A stretch of DNA of 64,000 bases, from the NCBI GenBank assembly GCA_963719225.1, contig CAVRAY010000001.1, positions 3,072,001 to 3,136,000 of the forward strand, read 5' to 3'. Positions 8,170 to 18,153 of the stretch are shown here, piece by piece (the first letter of the stretch is position 1; the number at the start of each line of letters is the position of its first letter). The translations under genes and the position numbers were made by a program. Under the pieces are notes generated by a model. The model did not search any database. It was not told where the DNA came from and saw only the letters and a program-made list of their open reading frames with translations. The stretch comes from Thermoanaerobaculia bacterium. GTDB lineage: Bacteria > Acidobacteriota > Thermoanaerobaculia > UBA5066.

Positions 8170-10524
8170 TCAGCGAGTCGCGGAAGCGGCGGGAGCCGCC
8201 TCCCGCGCGTTCGCCGGCGGGGGACCGTCTGCGTCGAGAAGCTCGATCTTCTCGAGAGAGGGGATGTTGAAGCTCCCGACCGTCGCGAAGGTCAGCACGT
8301 TTTTCTTCGTTTTCGGGTCGAGCTTCATGTGATACGTCGTGACGGCGTACGCGCCCTCCGGGAGGAACGAGGCGACGCGCACGTCGAGCGGCATTGCAGG
8401 AGCGTCGACCGTAAGCCCGTTCGCCGACAGGACTTCTTTGAGAACGTCCCACGGGATCGGGATCCCGCGCCGCGAAAACGAAAGAAATTGAGGCGGAAGA
8501 GGCTTGCCGGATTCTCTCCGGACGACGAGCCCCGCGAAGACCGACGGCGCGCGCACGCGCACCGGCATGCGGCAGTCCTCGGCGTGCTCGCACGACGTGG
8601 GAGTCGGCAGGAGCTCCATCGCGAGGGCGCGGCCCGGCGAGATCACGAAGGCGGGCCTTCCTCCGTACCGGTCCCCGCGCAAGCGGAGCTCGCCCTGGGA
8701 ATCGGTGCTCCCCACCGTCACGACCGCACCCATACGGCCGACGCTCGAGTAGTATGTCAAAGGAGACGCCAGGATCAGAACCGTCGCGCCCGCCACGGCG
8801 ACGTCGCTCTCATCCGTCGCGACGAGGACGAGGTCCTGCGACCCTTCGACGAGGATGTCCACGCGTCGCATCTCGTCGCGGACGACGGACACCTGACCGA
8901 CGTCCTTCGGGTAGTGCTTCTCGCAGTTCGCGGCGACTCGCACGGCGCCCTCGGCCAGGCCGTACTCGTGGACGAGCCCCTCGGAATCGGCGTTCCGGAT
9001 CATCGACCGGGACCCGCCTCCGCCCTCCTGGTCCCAGGTGATTTCGACGGGGCAGCCTGGGAGCGGGTCGTTCGTCCGAGCGTCGCGGACGGCGATCTCG
9101 AGACCGGTGGCGTCGAGCTCCAGCTCGAGACCTTCCACGACAGGCTTGTCTTCAGTCAGCTGCGTGAGCGGGCCGCCCCAAGCCACGGCCTTCGGCTCGC
9201 TCGAGTCCGCTTTCAACCCGATCTTGTTTCCCGACCTGGAGACGACCTTCAGTTCGAAGGAGCCGTCCGCAGCCGACATGGCCGTGGCGGCCGTGCCCTC
9301 GCCGAGGCCGGCCACGAACTCGATTGCCTCCACGTGCGCGGCGACCAGCGCTCCGCCGTGGAGGCGCGTCGTCCCGCGAAGAGTCCACTCGCCGACGGCC
9401 AGCTCCAGGACAGTGACCGGGGAGTCGCCATCGCTCGCGACCTCGACCGTCTCGTGGGTGCCACCGACGCCCGGCACGTGCAGCTCGACCTGATGGAAGC
9501 CGCCGTCCACTCGCGGGAATCGGGCCCGGCCCTCGTCATCCAGCGGGCGCCGCCGAGCATCCCCCGGGCGGCAGCTCGATCTCGCCCTCTGGATTGCGCA
9601 CCGCGCGAGGGTGACTTCCGGCCGCGCCTCGCCCCGCCGTCCGGCGAGGCCATTCACGCGGACCTCCACGTCCTGGTTTGGGACGAGGACGATGTCGCGG
9701 AGACCTTCCTCGAAGCGGGCGCCGAGCTTCAGCGTCGCGACGCGAAACCCTGGTCCGGAGACGCGCAAGCTCGATGGCGATTCCGCGGGGAAGAGTCCGA
9801 AATCGAGGAGGCCGTTTTCGCCCGCCGGCGCCGCGCGGCGCGCGAGGAGCGCAGCAAGCGCGCGGTTCGACGTCTCGAACGCCGCGCCCTCGAGGCGAGC
9901 GCCCTTGACGGGACTCTTCGCGGAGCCCTCCACGGCGCGGATACTCAGTCGCCGGCACTCGGCAGGCTTCGCCGGAACCCGGGTTTCATGTCCGGCGGAG
10001 ACCTCGGCGTCAGCGAAGAGGACGGGCAGCGCGGCGCCGCGCTCGATCGCAAGTGCGTAGCGTCCCGCCGGAAGCCGGAAGGACGACCACGGGATCCCAT
10101 CCGCCGTCCCGTGCGCGGCTTCGGTGATCTCCCACTGCGACGTTCCGCGAAACTCCGGCGGAACGAGAGCGGCGGCGAAAAGGCGTGGCCGAGGCCCGCC
10201 GGTCACGTTCACGCCCGTCACGCGGGCGAGCCCCGACGGGAGAACGTGGATCTCCACGCTTCCGCCCGCTCTGAGAAACACCCGTTCGCTGAATATCTCC
10301 GGGCCGAGCGCCTGCGCGAAGAAGGCCCCTGTGGGAATCGCCGGGCTCGCCGCTCCCGACGTGAACTCGACGATTCCATCCTTCAGCGTCTTGCCATCAC
10401 GATCCGTGAACGTCAGGCGCACGAACGCCTTCGCAACGGGAACGGGACGCAATTCGAGCCTGATCGAAGTTTCGGCTCCGGCAGCCGCGATCTGCGAGAT
10501 CAACGCGACGACGAGCAGATTCAT
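8170..10524 (-). CDS. Secreted beta-rich protein with carboxypeptidase-regulatory-like (prealbumin-like) domains
   Basis: Signal-like MNLLVVALISQIAAAGA; repeated motifs VRDARTNDPLPGCPV, TDSQGELRL, DDEGRARF. Confidence 0.7.
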   Translation of the reverse strand: MNLLVVALISQIAAAGAETSIRLELRPVPVAKAFVRLTFTDRDGKTLKDGIVEFTSGAASPAIPTGAFFAQALGPEIFSERVFLRAGGSVEIHVLPSGLARVTGVNVTGGPRPRLFAAALVPPEFRGTSQWEITEAAHGTADGIPWSSFRLPAGRYALAIERGAALPVLFADAEVSAGHETRVPAKPAECRRLSIRAVEGSAKSPVKGARLEGAAFETSNRALAALLARRAAPAGENGLLDFGLFPAESPSSLRVSGPGFRVATLKLGARFEEGLRDIVLVPNQDVEVRVNGLAGRRGEARPEVTLARCAIQRARSSCRPGDARRRPLDDEGRARFPRVDGGFHQVELHVPGVGGTHETVEVASDGDSPVTVLELAVGEWTLRGTTRLHGGALVAAHVEAIEFVAGLGEGTAATAMSAADGSFELKVVSRSGNKIGLKADSSEPKAVAWGGPLTQLTEDKPVVEGLELELDATGLEIAVRDARTNDPLPGCPVEITWDQEGGGGSRSMIRNADSEGLVHEYGLAEGAVRVAANCEKHYPKDVGQVSVVRDEMRRVDILVEGSQDLVLVATDESDVAVAGATVLILASPLTYYSSVGRMGAVVTVGSTDSQGELRLRGDRYGGRPAFVISPGRALAMELLPTPTSCEHAEDCRMPVRVRAPSVFAGLVVRRESGKPLPPQFLSFSRRGIPIPWDVLKEVLSANGLTVDAPAMPLDVRVASFLPEGAYAVTTYHMKLDPKTKKNVLTFATVGSFNIPSLEKIELLDADGPPPANAREAAPAASATR

Positions 10525-10599
10525 GGAGATCCTCTCGGTTCCATCCAGTCTACGTTCCAGCAACTCGACTCGTCTAAGATTTGTCGCGGAGGTTTTCGC

Positions 10600-11277
10600 A
10601 TGGGCGAGAAAGTCACCTTCACCGTGGACGGGCAGACGGGTGAAGGGTGGTTCGCGAAGCCCGTCTCGGGAAACGGGCCGGCCGTCGTCGTGATCCAGGA
10701 GTGGTGGGGACTGGTGCCTCACATCAAGGACGTCGCGGAGCGCTTCGCGAAGGAGGGCTTCGTCGCGCTCGCGCCCGATCTCTACCACGGCAAGACGACG
10801 ACGTCCCCGGACGAAGCGGGGCGGCTCCTGATGGAGATGGACGTGGAGAGCGCGAGCCGGGAGATCGCGGCGGCCGGCGCGTTTCTCCTGGGCCGGCCCG
10901 AGTGCTCGTCGAAGAAATTCGGCGCCGTGGGTTTCTGCGTAGGCGGGGCTCTCGCGCAATACGCCGCGACGACGAACCCGAACGTGGGTGCGGCCGTGAG
11001 CTTCTACGGCGGGTTCAAGAAGCTGACGATCCCCTGGGAGGGCCTCTCCAGCCCGATCCTGATGATCTACGGCGAAATGGACGAGGGCGTCCCCGCCTCC
11101 GGGGCGAAGCCGCTCGAGGACAAGCTCAAGGCGCTCGGGAAGAAGGTGGAGACGATCATCTTCCGCGGCGCCCCGCACGGCTTCTTCAACGACACGCGCC
11201 CGAACGTCTACCGGGAGGAATGCGCGAAGGACGCCTGGCAAAGGACCGTCGCCCACTTCCGCATGCATTTGGTCTAG
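10600..11277 (+). CDS. Dienelactone hydrolase family protein
   Basis: GGAGG RBS; VIQEWWGL, APDLY, GFCVGG nucleophile motif, HGFFND. Confidence 0.93.
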   Translation: MGEKVTFTVDGQTGEGWFAKPVSGNGPAVVVIQEWWGLVPHIKDVAERFAKEGFVALAPDLYHGKTTTSPDEAGRLLMEMDVESASREIAAAGAFLLGRPECSSKKFGAVGFCVGGALAQYAATTNPNVGAAVSFYGGFKKLTIPWEGLSSPILMIYGEMDEGVPASGAKPLEDKLKALGKKVETIIFRGAPHGFFNDTRPNVYREECAKDAWQRTVAHFRMHLV

Positions 11278-11318
11278 GACCGCGAGGCACGGGACGCCGT
11301 ATTCCCTAGAATCCGTTC

Positions 11319-13265
11319 GTGGCGATCGAGACGCTCCGGACCGTCTGCAACCGGGACTGCCCCGACGCGTGCGGGCTCATCGCGACGGTCGAGGACGGGA
11401 AGCTCGTCCAGCTGGGCGGGGACCCGGCACATCCCGTCACGCAGGGCTTCATCTGCTATCGCACTTCGAAGTTCCCCGAGCTCCAGAATTCGAACGAGCG
11501 CCTCACGGCGCCGCTCATGCGGCGCGGCAAGGACTTCGTCGAGGTGTCGTGGGAAGAAGCGCTCGGCTCGATCGCCGACCGCCTGCTCGCGATCCGGAAG
11601 GAATCGGGTCCAGCCGCCATCCTCCACTACCGCTCCGGGGGATCGCTGGGGCTCGTGAAGTCCGTCGTGGATTACTTCTGGGAGCTGTTCGGTCCGGTCA
11701 CCGTCAAGCGCGGCGACATCTGCTCCGGCGGAGGCGACGCCGCGCAGACGACCGACTTCGGCGAAGAGGAGTCGCACGACCTCTTCGACATCCTGAATTC
11801 GAAGAACATCCTCCTCTGGGGTAAGAACCCGAACGTCTCGAACATCCACATCCTGCCGTTGCTCCAGAAGGCGAAGAAGGCCGGGGCGCGGATCCTCCTC
11901 ATCGATCCCGTCCGGCACAAGGCCGAGAAGATCGCCGACCGGACGATTCTCGTTCGCCCCGGAGGCGACTTCGACCTCGCGATGGGAGCTGCCGCGCTCC
12001 TCTTCGCGCGCGGGCAAACGGATGGGGACGCACCTTTTTATTGCGACGACTTCGAGAAGTTCCGGGCGCTCGCCCTTTCCCGCACTCCGGAAAAGTGGGC
12101 GCGCGCCGCCGACGTGAGCCTCGAGGACGTCTCCGCGGTCGCCTCGGCGCTCGCGGAGAAGCCCTGCTCGATCCAGGTGGGCTGGGGCATGGGCCGCAGG
12201 ATGAACGGCTCGGGCATCGTCCGGGCGCTCGACGCGCTCTCGGGAGTCAGCGGGAACATCGGCATCCCCGGCGGCGGCGTGTCGTTCTATTTCAAGAGGC
12301 GCGGCGCTTTCGACACGACGTTCCTAAAGAAGAACCCGCCCCGCACGATCTCCGAGCCGCTCCTCGGCCCGGGAATCCTCGAGGCGAAGGATCCGCCCGT
12401 CCGCGCGGTCTGGGTCACCGCGGGAAATCCCGTCGCGATGCTGCCCGATTCGGGCGCCGTTGCCCGCGCCCTCGAGACGCGCGAGCTCGTCGTCGTCGTG
12501 GATCCGTTCCTGACGGACACGGGCCGCCGCGCGCATTTCGTCCTGCCCACGACGACTCTCGTGGAGGACGACGACCTCCTCGGCGCCTACGGCCACCACT
12601 GGCTCGGGGCCTCGACTCCCGCGCTCGCGCCGCCGCAAGGCGTCTTGTCCGACCTGGAGATCGTCCAGGCTCTCGCGAAAATCATCGACGAGAGGACCGG
12701 GAAAAGAGAAGAAAAGATTTCTGAGAAGGTAAGAGGGACAGCCCGGGAATGGAAGGAGCGTCTGCTCGCGCGAGTCGCGCCGCTCGGCCTCACGGCGGCG
12801 AGACTCGAGCGCGAGTCCGTTCGCAACCCCTTCGTGGAAAAGGTTCTCTTCTCAGATCGCAAGTTCCCGACCGCGTCCGGCAGGATGAAACTCGTCCACG
12901 AGTTGCCCCCCGCCCCGCCCGAGGAGCCCGGCTTCCCCCTCTGGCTGTTCTCAAACTCCACCGAGAAATCGCAGAGCTCCACGTGGGCCGGCGGCCCGCC
13001 CGACCTTCTGACGGCGACCTGCCACCCGGCCGCGGCGAACGGCTTCGCCGACGGCGACGTCGTTTTTCTCGAGAGCGCCCTCGGACGGCTCCGCGTCCAG
13101 GTGAAGCTGGACGCGGGCCAGCGCCCCGACGTCGTGATCGTGCCGAAGGGCGGCCACTACGACAACGGCACCTCGGCGAACGCGCTCATCAGGGCGCGAA
13201 CGACGGACGCGGGAGAAGGCGCGGCTTATCAGGACTGCCGCGTGCGGCTCGTGCCGGGCGCCTGA
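11319..13265 (+). CDS. Molybdopterin-dependent oxidoreductase (DMSO reductase superfamily)
   Basis: CNRDCPDAC...GFIC Fe-S motif, WGKNP, VDPFLTDT...VLP, and a C-terminal molydopterin-binding domain. Confidence 0.9.
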   Translation: MAIETLRTVCNRDCPDACGLIATVEDGKLVQLGGDPAHPVTQGFICYRTSKFPELQNSNERLTAPLMRRGKDFVEVSWEEALGSIADRLLAIRKESGPAAILHYRSGGSLGLVKSVVDYFWELFGPVTVKRGDICSGGGDAAQTTDFGEEESHDLFDILNSKNILLWGKNPNVSNIHILPLLQKAKKAGARILLIDPVRHKAEKIADRTILVRPGGDFDLAMGAAALLFARGQTDGDAPFYCDDFEKFRALALSRTPEKWARAADVSLEDVSAVASALAEKPCSIQVGWGMGRRMNGSGIVRALDALSGVSGNIGIPGGGVSFYFKRRGAFDTTFLKKNPPRTISEPLLGPGILEAKDPPVRAVWVTAGNPVAMLPDSGAVARALETRELVVVVDPFLTDTGRRAHFVLPTTTLVEDDDLLGAYGHHWLGASTPALAPPQGVLSDLEIVQALAKIIDERTGKREEKISEKVRGTAREWKERLLARVAPLGLTAARLERESVRNPFVEKVLFSDRKFPTASGRMKLVHELPPAPPEEPGFPLWLFSNSTEKSQSSTWAGGPPDLLTATCHPAAANGFADGDVVFLESALGRLRVQVKLDAGQRPDVVIVPKGGHYDNGTSANALIRARTTDAGEGAAYQDCRVRLVPGA

Positions 13266-13297
13266 TTCTCAAAGCCCAACCCAACTAGAATCCGCGC

Positions 13298-14560
13298 ATG
13301 ATTCGCAGCCTTCTCGCTTTCTTCCTTCTGCTCCCCGTGTCCACGGTCTCCGCCCAGACCGTGACCGTCACGGCGAAGCGCCTCCTCGACGTCACGACGG
13401 GGAAATACGTCGAGAACCCCGTCGTGCGCATCGAGAACGGCCTCGTCACGAAGGTCGAGCCGCGCCGTCCGGGAGAGGCCGTGACGCTGGACCTCGGCGA
13501 CGTCACGCTGCTGCCTGGGCTCGCCGACTGCCACACGCACCTCGTCGGCGGCGAGGAGGAGACTCCCTACCAGAGGCTCACCGAGACCACGGCGCACGCG
13601 GCGATCGAGGGCGTCGTCAACGCGAGAAAGACGATCGAAGCGGGCTTCACGACCGTGCGCGACCTCGGCGCCCGCGACTTCGCCGACGTGGCTCTTCGCG
13701 ACGAGATCGCCGCGGGCAGGGTCGTCGGCCCGCGCATGCTCGTCGCCACGAAATCGCTCTCGGCGACGGGCGGGCACGGCGATCTCAACGACCTGCCCGA
13801 GGACATCCACGTCCGCCGTTATTCCGGCATCGCGGACGGGCCGGACGAGATCCGGAAGAAGGTGCGCGAGAACATCAAGTTCGGGGCGGACTGGATCAAG
13901 CTGCTCGCCACGGGCGGCATCGGCTCGGCGGGCACGGACCCGCGCCAGTCCGACTATACCGAGGAGGAGATCCGCGCCGCCGTCCTCGCCGCGAAGGAGA
14001 AGGACCGGGACGTCGCGGTGCACGCGCACGGCACTCTCGGCATCCTCCGCGCGGCGCGCGCCGGCGTCCGCTCGGTGGAGCACGCGTCGATGATCGACGA
14101 CGAGGCGCTCGCGGCGCTCAAGGCGAACGGGACATTCATCGTCTCGAACCCGCTTTCGAACGCGTACATGCTCGAGCGCGGCGGGGTCGGCGGCTACCAG
14201 GACTACCAGCTCCGGAAGTCGCGCGAGGTCTACGCGCTGAAGGTCGAGAGCCTGAGGAAGGCGATTCGCGCGGGAATCCCGGTGGCGTACGGCACGGACG
14301 CCGGCGTGCAGATCCACGGGATCAACGGGAAGCAGCTCGCGATGTACGTCGAGGCCGGGATGACGCCGTTGCAGGCGATCCAGTCCGCGACGCTCGTGGC
14401 GGCGCGGCTCCTTCGGATGGAGAAGAAGATCGGCCAGGTCGCGCCGGGCTTCTTCGGAGATCTCGTCGCGGTGGCGGGAGACCCGCTCGCCGACGTGCGC
14501 GTCCTCGAGTCGCCCCGCGCGGTCGTGAAGGAAGGAAAGCTCGTCTTCTCGCGCCGGTAG
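13298..14560 (+). CDS. Secreted amidohydrolase (Xaa-Pro dipeptidase-like)
   Basis: Signal peptide; PGLADCHTH, GADWIK, VAVHAHG, SVEH, YGTDAG. Confidence 0.92.
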   Translation: MIRSLLAFFLLLPVSTVSAQTVTVTAKRLLDVTTGKYVENPVVRIENGLVTKVEPRRPGEAVTLDLGDVTLLPGLADCHTHLVGGEEETPYQRLTETTAHAAIEGVVNARKTIEAGFTTVRDLGARDFADVALRDEIAAGRVVGPRMLVATKSLSATGGHGDLNDLPEDIHVRRYSGIADGPDEIRKKVRENIKFGADWIKLLATGGIGSAGTDPRQSDYTEEEIRAAVLAAKEKDRDVAVHAHGTLGILRAARAGVRSVEHASMIDDEALAALKANGTFIVSNPLSNAYMLERGGVGGYQDYQLRKSREVYALKVESLRKAIRAGIPVAYGTDAGVQIHGINGKQLAMYVEAGMTPLQAIQSATLVAARLLRMEKKIGQVAPGFFGDLVAVAGDPLADVRVLESPRAVVKEGKLVFSRR

Positions 14561-14590
14561 GCGAAACGGTGGCGGGCCCCGGCCCGGCAA

Positions 14591-14623
14591 TGTGGCCACA
14601 AATTCAATATAATTGTGGCTACA
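14591..14623 (+). promoter_or_regulatory. TA operon promoter/operator: two palindromes flanking TATAAT
   Basis: TGTGGCCACA (14591-14600) and TGTGGCTACA (14614-14623) on either side of TATAAT, directly upstream of the antitoxin RBS AGGAG. Confidence 0.7.
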
Positions 14624-14635
14624 GGAGAATCGATC

Positions 14636-14908
14636 ATGACGCGCGTCGGGGTGCGGGCCCTCAAGAACCATCTGAGCGATTACTTGAGGCGTGCCGGGGA
14701 AGGCGAGCGCATCGTCGTCACGGATCGGGGCGAGCCACTCGCCGCCTTGATCCCCGTCGAGGAAACGGACGAGGCGCGATGGGGGTGGGACCTCGTTCGT
14801 GAGCGGATCGCGAGCTGGAGCGGAGGCAAACCCCGAGGGAGCGTGAGGGCCGCGGCTCTGAAGGGGAAGAAAACGACCGCCGAGATGGTGCTCGAGGATC
14901 GGGATTGA
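14636..14908 (+). CDS. Phd/YefM family antitoxin
   Basis: MTRVGVRALKNHLSDYLRRAGEGERIVVTDRGEPLAALIP. Confidence 0.9.
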   Translation: MTRVGVRALKNHLSDYLRRAGEGERIVVTDRGEPLAALIPVEETDEARWGWDLVRERIASWSGGKPRGSVRAAALKGKKTTAEMVLEDRD

Positions 14909-15324
14909 TCGTCTATCTCGATACGAGCACCCTGGTCAAGCTCTACGTCGAGGAGGAGGGCTCGCGCATGGTTCGAGACCTCGTGGAGCCCGCCGAGCTC
15001 GTGGCGACGTCGGTTGTCACGTACGTCGAGGCCCGGACTGCCCTCGCCCGCCAGCGACGCGAAGGTGGGCTGACAGCCGCAGGTTTCGGACAGGCGAAAA
15101 ACGACTTCGAGATGGACTGGCCCAGGTATCTGGCCGTCGAAGTCAACGAGGCGGTTTGTCGACGTGCCGGGGACCTGGCCGAAAAGCATCATCTTCGAGG
15201 CTTCGACAGTCTTCACCTCGCCTCGTACCTTTCCCTCTACGGCGAGGGCGTGCGACAGATCCGCTTTTCGTCGTTCGATGAGGCGCTCAACCGCGCCGCT
15301 CGGAAGGAAGCGAAGGCACGGTAG
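14905..15324 (+). CDS. vapC: VapC (PIN domain) toxin
   Basis: YLDTSTLVKLY...E...LRGFDSLHLAS...FD; 4-nt overlap with the antitoxin. Confidence 0.92.
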   Translation: MIVYLDTSTLVKLYVEEEGSRMVRDLVEPAELVATSVVTYVEARTALARQRREGGLTAAGFGQAKNDFEMDWPRYLAVEVNEAVCRRAGDLAEKHHLRGFDSLHLASYLSLYGEGVRQIRFSSFDEALNRAARKEAKAR

Positions 15325-15364
15325 GCTTCATGGCACTTTCCGCCGGCACCCGGTTCCCCGGATC

Positions 15365-16876
15365 CTACGGTGAGTCGCGGCCGCCCTGAAGCGCCCGCAG
15401 GCCGAACCAGACGAGCGCCAGCGCGAGAAGGGCCAGCGTGCGCGAATCGAACAACGGCACGTCGGACGCAGCCAGACTGCCGACGCCGACGTTTGCGGTC
15501 GCCGTGACGCTCGATACGTTGGATCCGGCGATCGTGACGACGTTGGTGAGGAATCCGGCCGAACCCGGCGCCTGAACCTGGATCGAAAGCGTCGCCGTCC
15601 CGCCGGCGAGGACGGTTCCGAGCGCGGCCGTCACCGTTCCGCCCGATCCAACCGGAGGCCCGACGCAAGTTCCCTGGCTCGCGGCACACGAAACGAATGT
15701 CGTTCCCGCGGGAAGCGGATCGGAAGCCGTCACGGCGAGCGCGGCCGTCGCGCCCGGGTTCGTCACCGTCACCGTGAACGTGAGCACCGCTCCGAGTGCG
15801 ACGGGGTTGGGCAAGCCGATCTTGGCAACGGCGAGCGTCGCCGGGCCGCCGCCGCTCGTGGGCGTCGGAGTCGGCGTCGCCGTTGGTGTGGGCGTAGGCG
15901 TTGCCGTCGAGGCTGCCGTCGGCGTGGGCGTCTGCGTTACCGTCGGCGTGTTCGTACTCGTTACCGTCGGCGTATTCGTTGGCGTGACCGTCGGCGTGAT
16001 CGTCGACGTGATCGTGGGCGTGTTCGTCGGCGTGATCGTGGGCGTATTCGTCGGCGTGATCGTCGGGATGGACGTCGGCGGCGTGGACGTCGGGGTGTTC
16101 GTCGGTGTCGGAGTCGGCGTGTTCGGCTCTGCCTTGACCGCGACGGAGCCGAGCGCCCAGTGCCGGTTCGGCGACCAGCTGTCCCAGCTCATCGTCACCG
16201 ACGCGGCCCCGGGCTCCGTGCTCGCTCCCCCCCAGCCGCCAGTGACGCTGTTCTGGGTGCGGATCAGCCACTGCTGGGTCTGGCCGGCGCCCGCGACGGG
16301 ATCGGTGGTCGTGTCGCCCCGGGTGGCGAACGTGTCGAAGACGACCTCGCCGCTCGCGCTCGAAATCGTGAGGGTCGACGGCACGACCGTCCCTCCGGCG
16401 CCCACGAACGAGCCAAGTGGCGTCACGGAGTTGACGCCGAAGAAAGACACCGCGCCCGCCACGAACTGCGCCGCGGCCGACAACGTGACGGTCATCGTGC
16501 AGGCGCCCGAAGGCGGATTCGCGAGTCTCCAGATCTCGATCCTGGACTCGGCTACCTCGCCGACCGAGTTCCTCGCCCCGACGAGCGACAGGGCGTTGAC
16601 TCCGCACGTGGCCGAGGTGACGACCTTGCCTCCGCCCACCATGTTGATCGAGACACCCACGAGGAGGTGGCGACCCGGGGACGCGCCGACCGTGTGCGTC
16701 CAGGTCACGGAATTCGCGGCGACCGCGCCGGTCGAGCTGGAGCTCGCCGCGTCCACCGTCACATCGGCCCAGACGGGAGTCGCGGCGCCGAAAACGGACA
16801 GAAGAAGGCCGCCGAAGAGGCTTCCGCGCGCAACGTCGGGACCTTTCGGACCTGAGTGCGCGGCGTGACCTACCAA
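15365..16876 (-). CDS. Surface protein with Pro/Thr linker, DUF11 domain and IPTL-CTERM-like sorting signal
   Basis: Signal peptide, (TPTN/TPTI)n linker, LAVAK...FTVTVTNPG...VTASDPLP (DUF11), C-terminal [24 protein letters not shown]. Confidence 0.85.
   Translation of the reverse strand: MVGHAAHSGPKGPDVARGSLFGGLLLSVFGAATPVWADVTVDAASSSSTGAVAANSVTWTHTVGASPGRHLLVGVSINMVGGGKVVTSATCGVNALSLVGARNSVGEVAESRIEIWRLANPPSGACTMTVTLSAAAQFVAGAVSFFGVNSVTPLGSFVGAGGTVVPSTLTISSASGEVVFDTFATRGDTTTDPVAGAGQTQQWLIRTQNSVTGGWGGASTEPGAASVTMSWDSWSPNRHWALGSVAVKAEPNTPTPTPTNTPTSTPPTSIPTITPTNTPTITPTNTPTITSTITPTVTPTNTPTVTSTNTPTVTQTPTPTAASTATPTPTPTATPTPTPTSGGGPATLAVAKIGLPNPVALGAVLTFTVTVTNPGATAALAVTASDPLPAGTTFVSCAASQGTCVGPPVGSGGTVTAALGTVLAGGTATLSIQVQAPGSAGFLTNVVTIAGSNVSSVTATANVGVGSLAASDVPLFDSRTLALLALALVWFGLRALQGGRDSP
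15858..16123 (-). repeat. Coding Pro-Thr low-complexity tandem repeats
   Basis: [38 protein letters not shown]...; units of about 12/24 nt. Confidence 0.9.
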
Positions 16877-16903
16877 GCTGGACCAGATTTTAGACGAAAT
16901 GGA

Positions 16904-18046
16904 CTATGCCCGCAGGACCTCTCGCGCGATTACCATTCGCTGGATCTCGGACGTGCCTTCGCCGATCGTGCAGAGCTTCACGTCCCGGTAGAACTTCTCG
17001 GCCGGGAAGTCCTTCGTGAAGCCGTATCCCCCGTGGATCTGCACGGCGAGGTTCGCGACGCGCACCGAGACCTCGGAGGCGTAGAGCTTCGCCATCGCGG
17101 ACTCCTTCGTCGTGACGTGGCCCTGGTCCTTCGCCCATCCGGCGCGGTACGTCAGGAGGCGCGCCGCATCGATCTCCGTCGCCATGTCGGCGAGGTAATT
17201 CTGGATGGACTGGAACTCCGAGATCGCCTTTCCGAACTGCTTGCGCTGCTGCGCGTATTTCAACGCACCGTCGAGGGCGCCCTGCGCCATGCCGAGCGCC
17301 AGGGCGGCGATCGAGATGCGGCCGCCGTCGAGCACCTTCATCGCCTGGATGAACCCCTCTCCCGCGGCGCCGAGGAGGTTGCCCTTCGGGATCCGGCATT
17401 CCTCCAGGACGATCGTCGCGGTGTCGGACGCCCTCATGCCGAGCTTGTTCTCCTTCTTGCCCGAGTGGACGCCTTTTTGGTGAAGGTCCACGACGAACGC
17501 CGAGATGCCGCGCTTCCCGGCGGCCTTGTCCGTGACCGCCATGAGGACCGCGACGTCGCCGACGGAGCCGTGCGTGATGAACGTCTTGGCGCCGTTCAGC
17601 ACCCACGCGTCGCCGTCGAGAACGGCCGTCGTGCGCGTCCCGCCGCTGTCGCTGCCCGCCTCGGCTTCCGTGAGACCCCAGGCGCCGAGGAGCTTCCCCT
17701 GCGCCAGCGGCGTGACCCAAGCGCGGCGCTGCTCCTCGTTTCCGAAAAGCCACAGGTGATTCGTGCAGAGGCTGTTGTGTGCGGCGACCGAGAGTCCGAC
17801 CGAGCCGTCCACGCGGGACAGCTCCTCGATGACGTGGATGTAATCGATGTACGTCAGGCCCGTGCCGCCGTACTCCTCCGGTACGAGCACGCCCAGCATC
17901 CCGAGGTCGCCCAGCTTTCGAAGCGTCTCGCGCGGAAACGTCTGGGCTTCGTCCCACTCCTTGACGTGAGGGGCGATCTCGCTCTCGGCGAAGTCGCGCA
18001 CCATCCGCCGAATCGCTTCCTGCTCTTCGGACAGCGCGAAACTCAT
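16904..18046 (-). CDS. Acyl-CoA dehydrogenase
   Basis: [56 protein letters not shown]. Start at MSFALSEEQ. Confidence 0.96.
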   Translation of the reverse strand: MSFALSEEQEAIRRMVRDFAESEIAPHVKEWDEAQTFPRETLRKLGDLGMLGVLVPEEYGGTGLTYIDYIHVIEELSRVDGSVGLSVAAHNSLCTNHLWLFGNEEQRRAWVTPLAQGKLLGAWGLTEAEAGSDSGGTRTTAVLDGDAWVLNGAKTFITHGSVGDVAVLMAVTDKAAGKRGISAFVVDLHQKGVHSGKKENKLGMRASDTATIVLEECRIPKGNLLGAAGEGFIQAMKVLDGGRISIAALALGMAQGALDGALKYAQQRKQFGKAISEFQSIQNYLADMATEIDAARLLTYRAGWAKDQGHVTTKESAMAKLYASEVSVRVANLAVQIHGGYGFTKDFPAEKFYRDVKLCTIGEGTSEIQRMVIAREVLRA

Positions 18047-18153
18047 GCCGGGAAGCGCTCGAGCCGAGGTCGAAGGGAGGTCGAGAACGGGAGTAACCAT
18101 GTGAGGCTCCTGAGTGCGAGGAATTTGACGAGGGTGTCAAATTTCTGGCGATC

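Noticed and set aside
8329-10599. N-terminal extension of the dienelactone hydrolase ORF (982 aa in the track)
   Set aside because: It overlaps the real minus-strand gene; the RBS and family length support ATG 10600.
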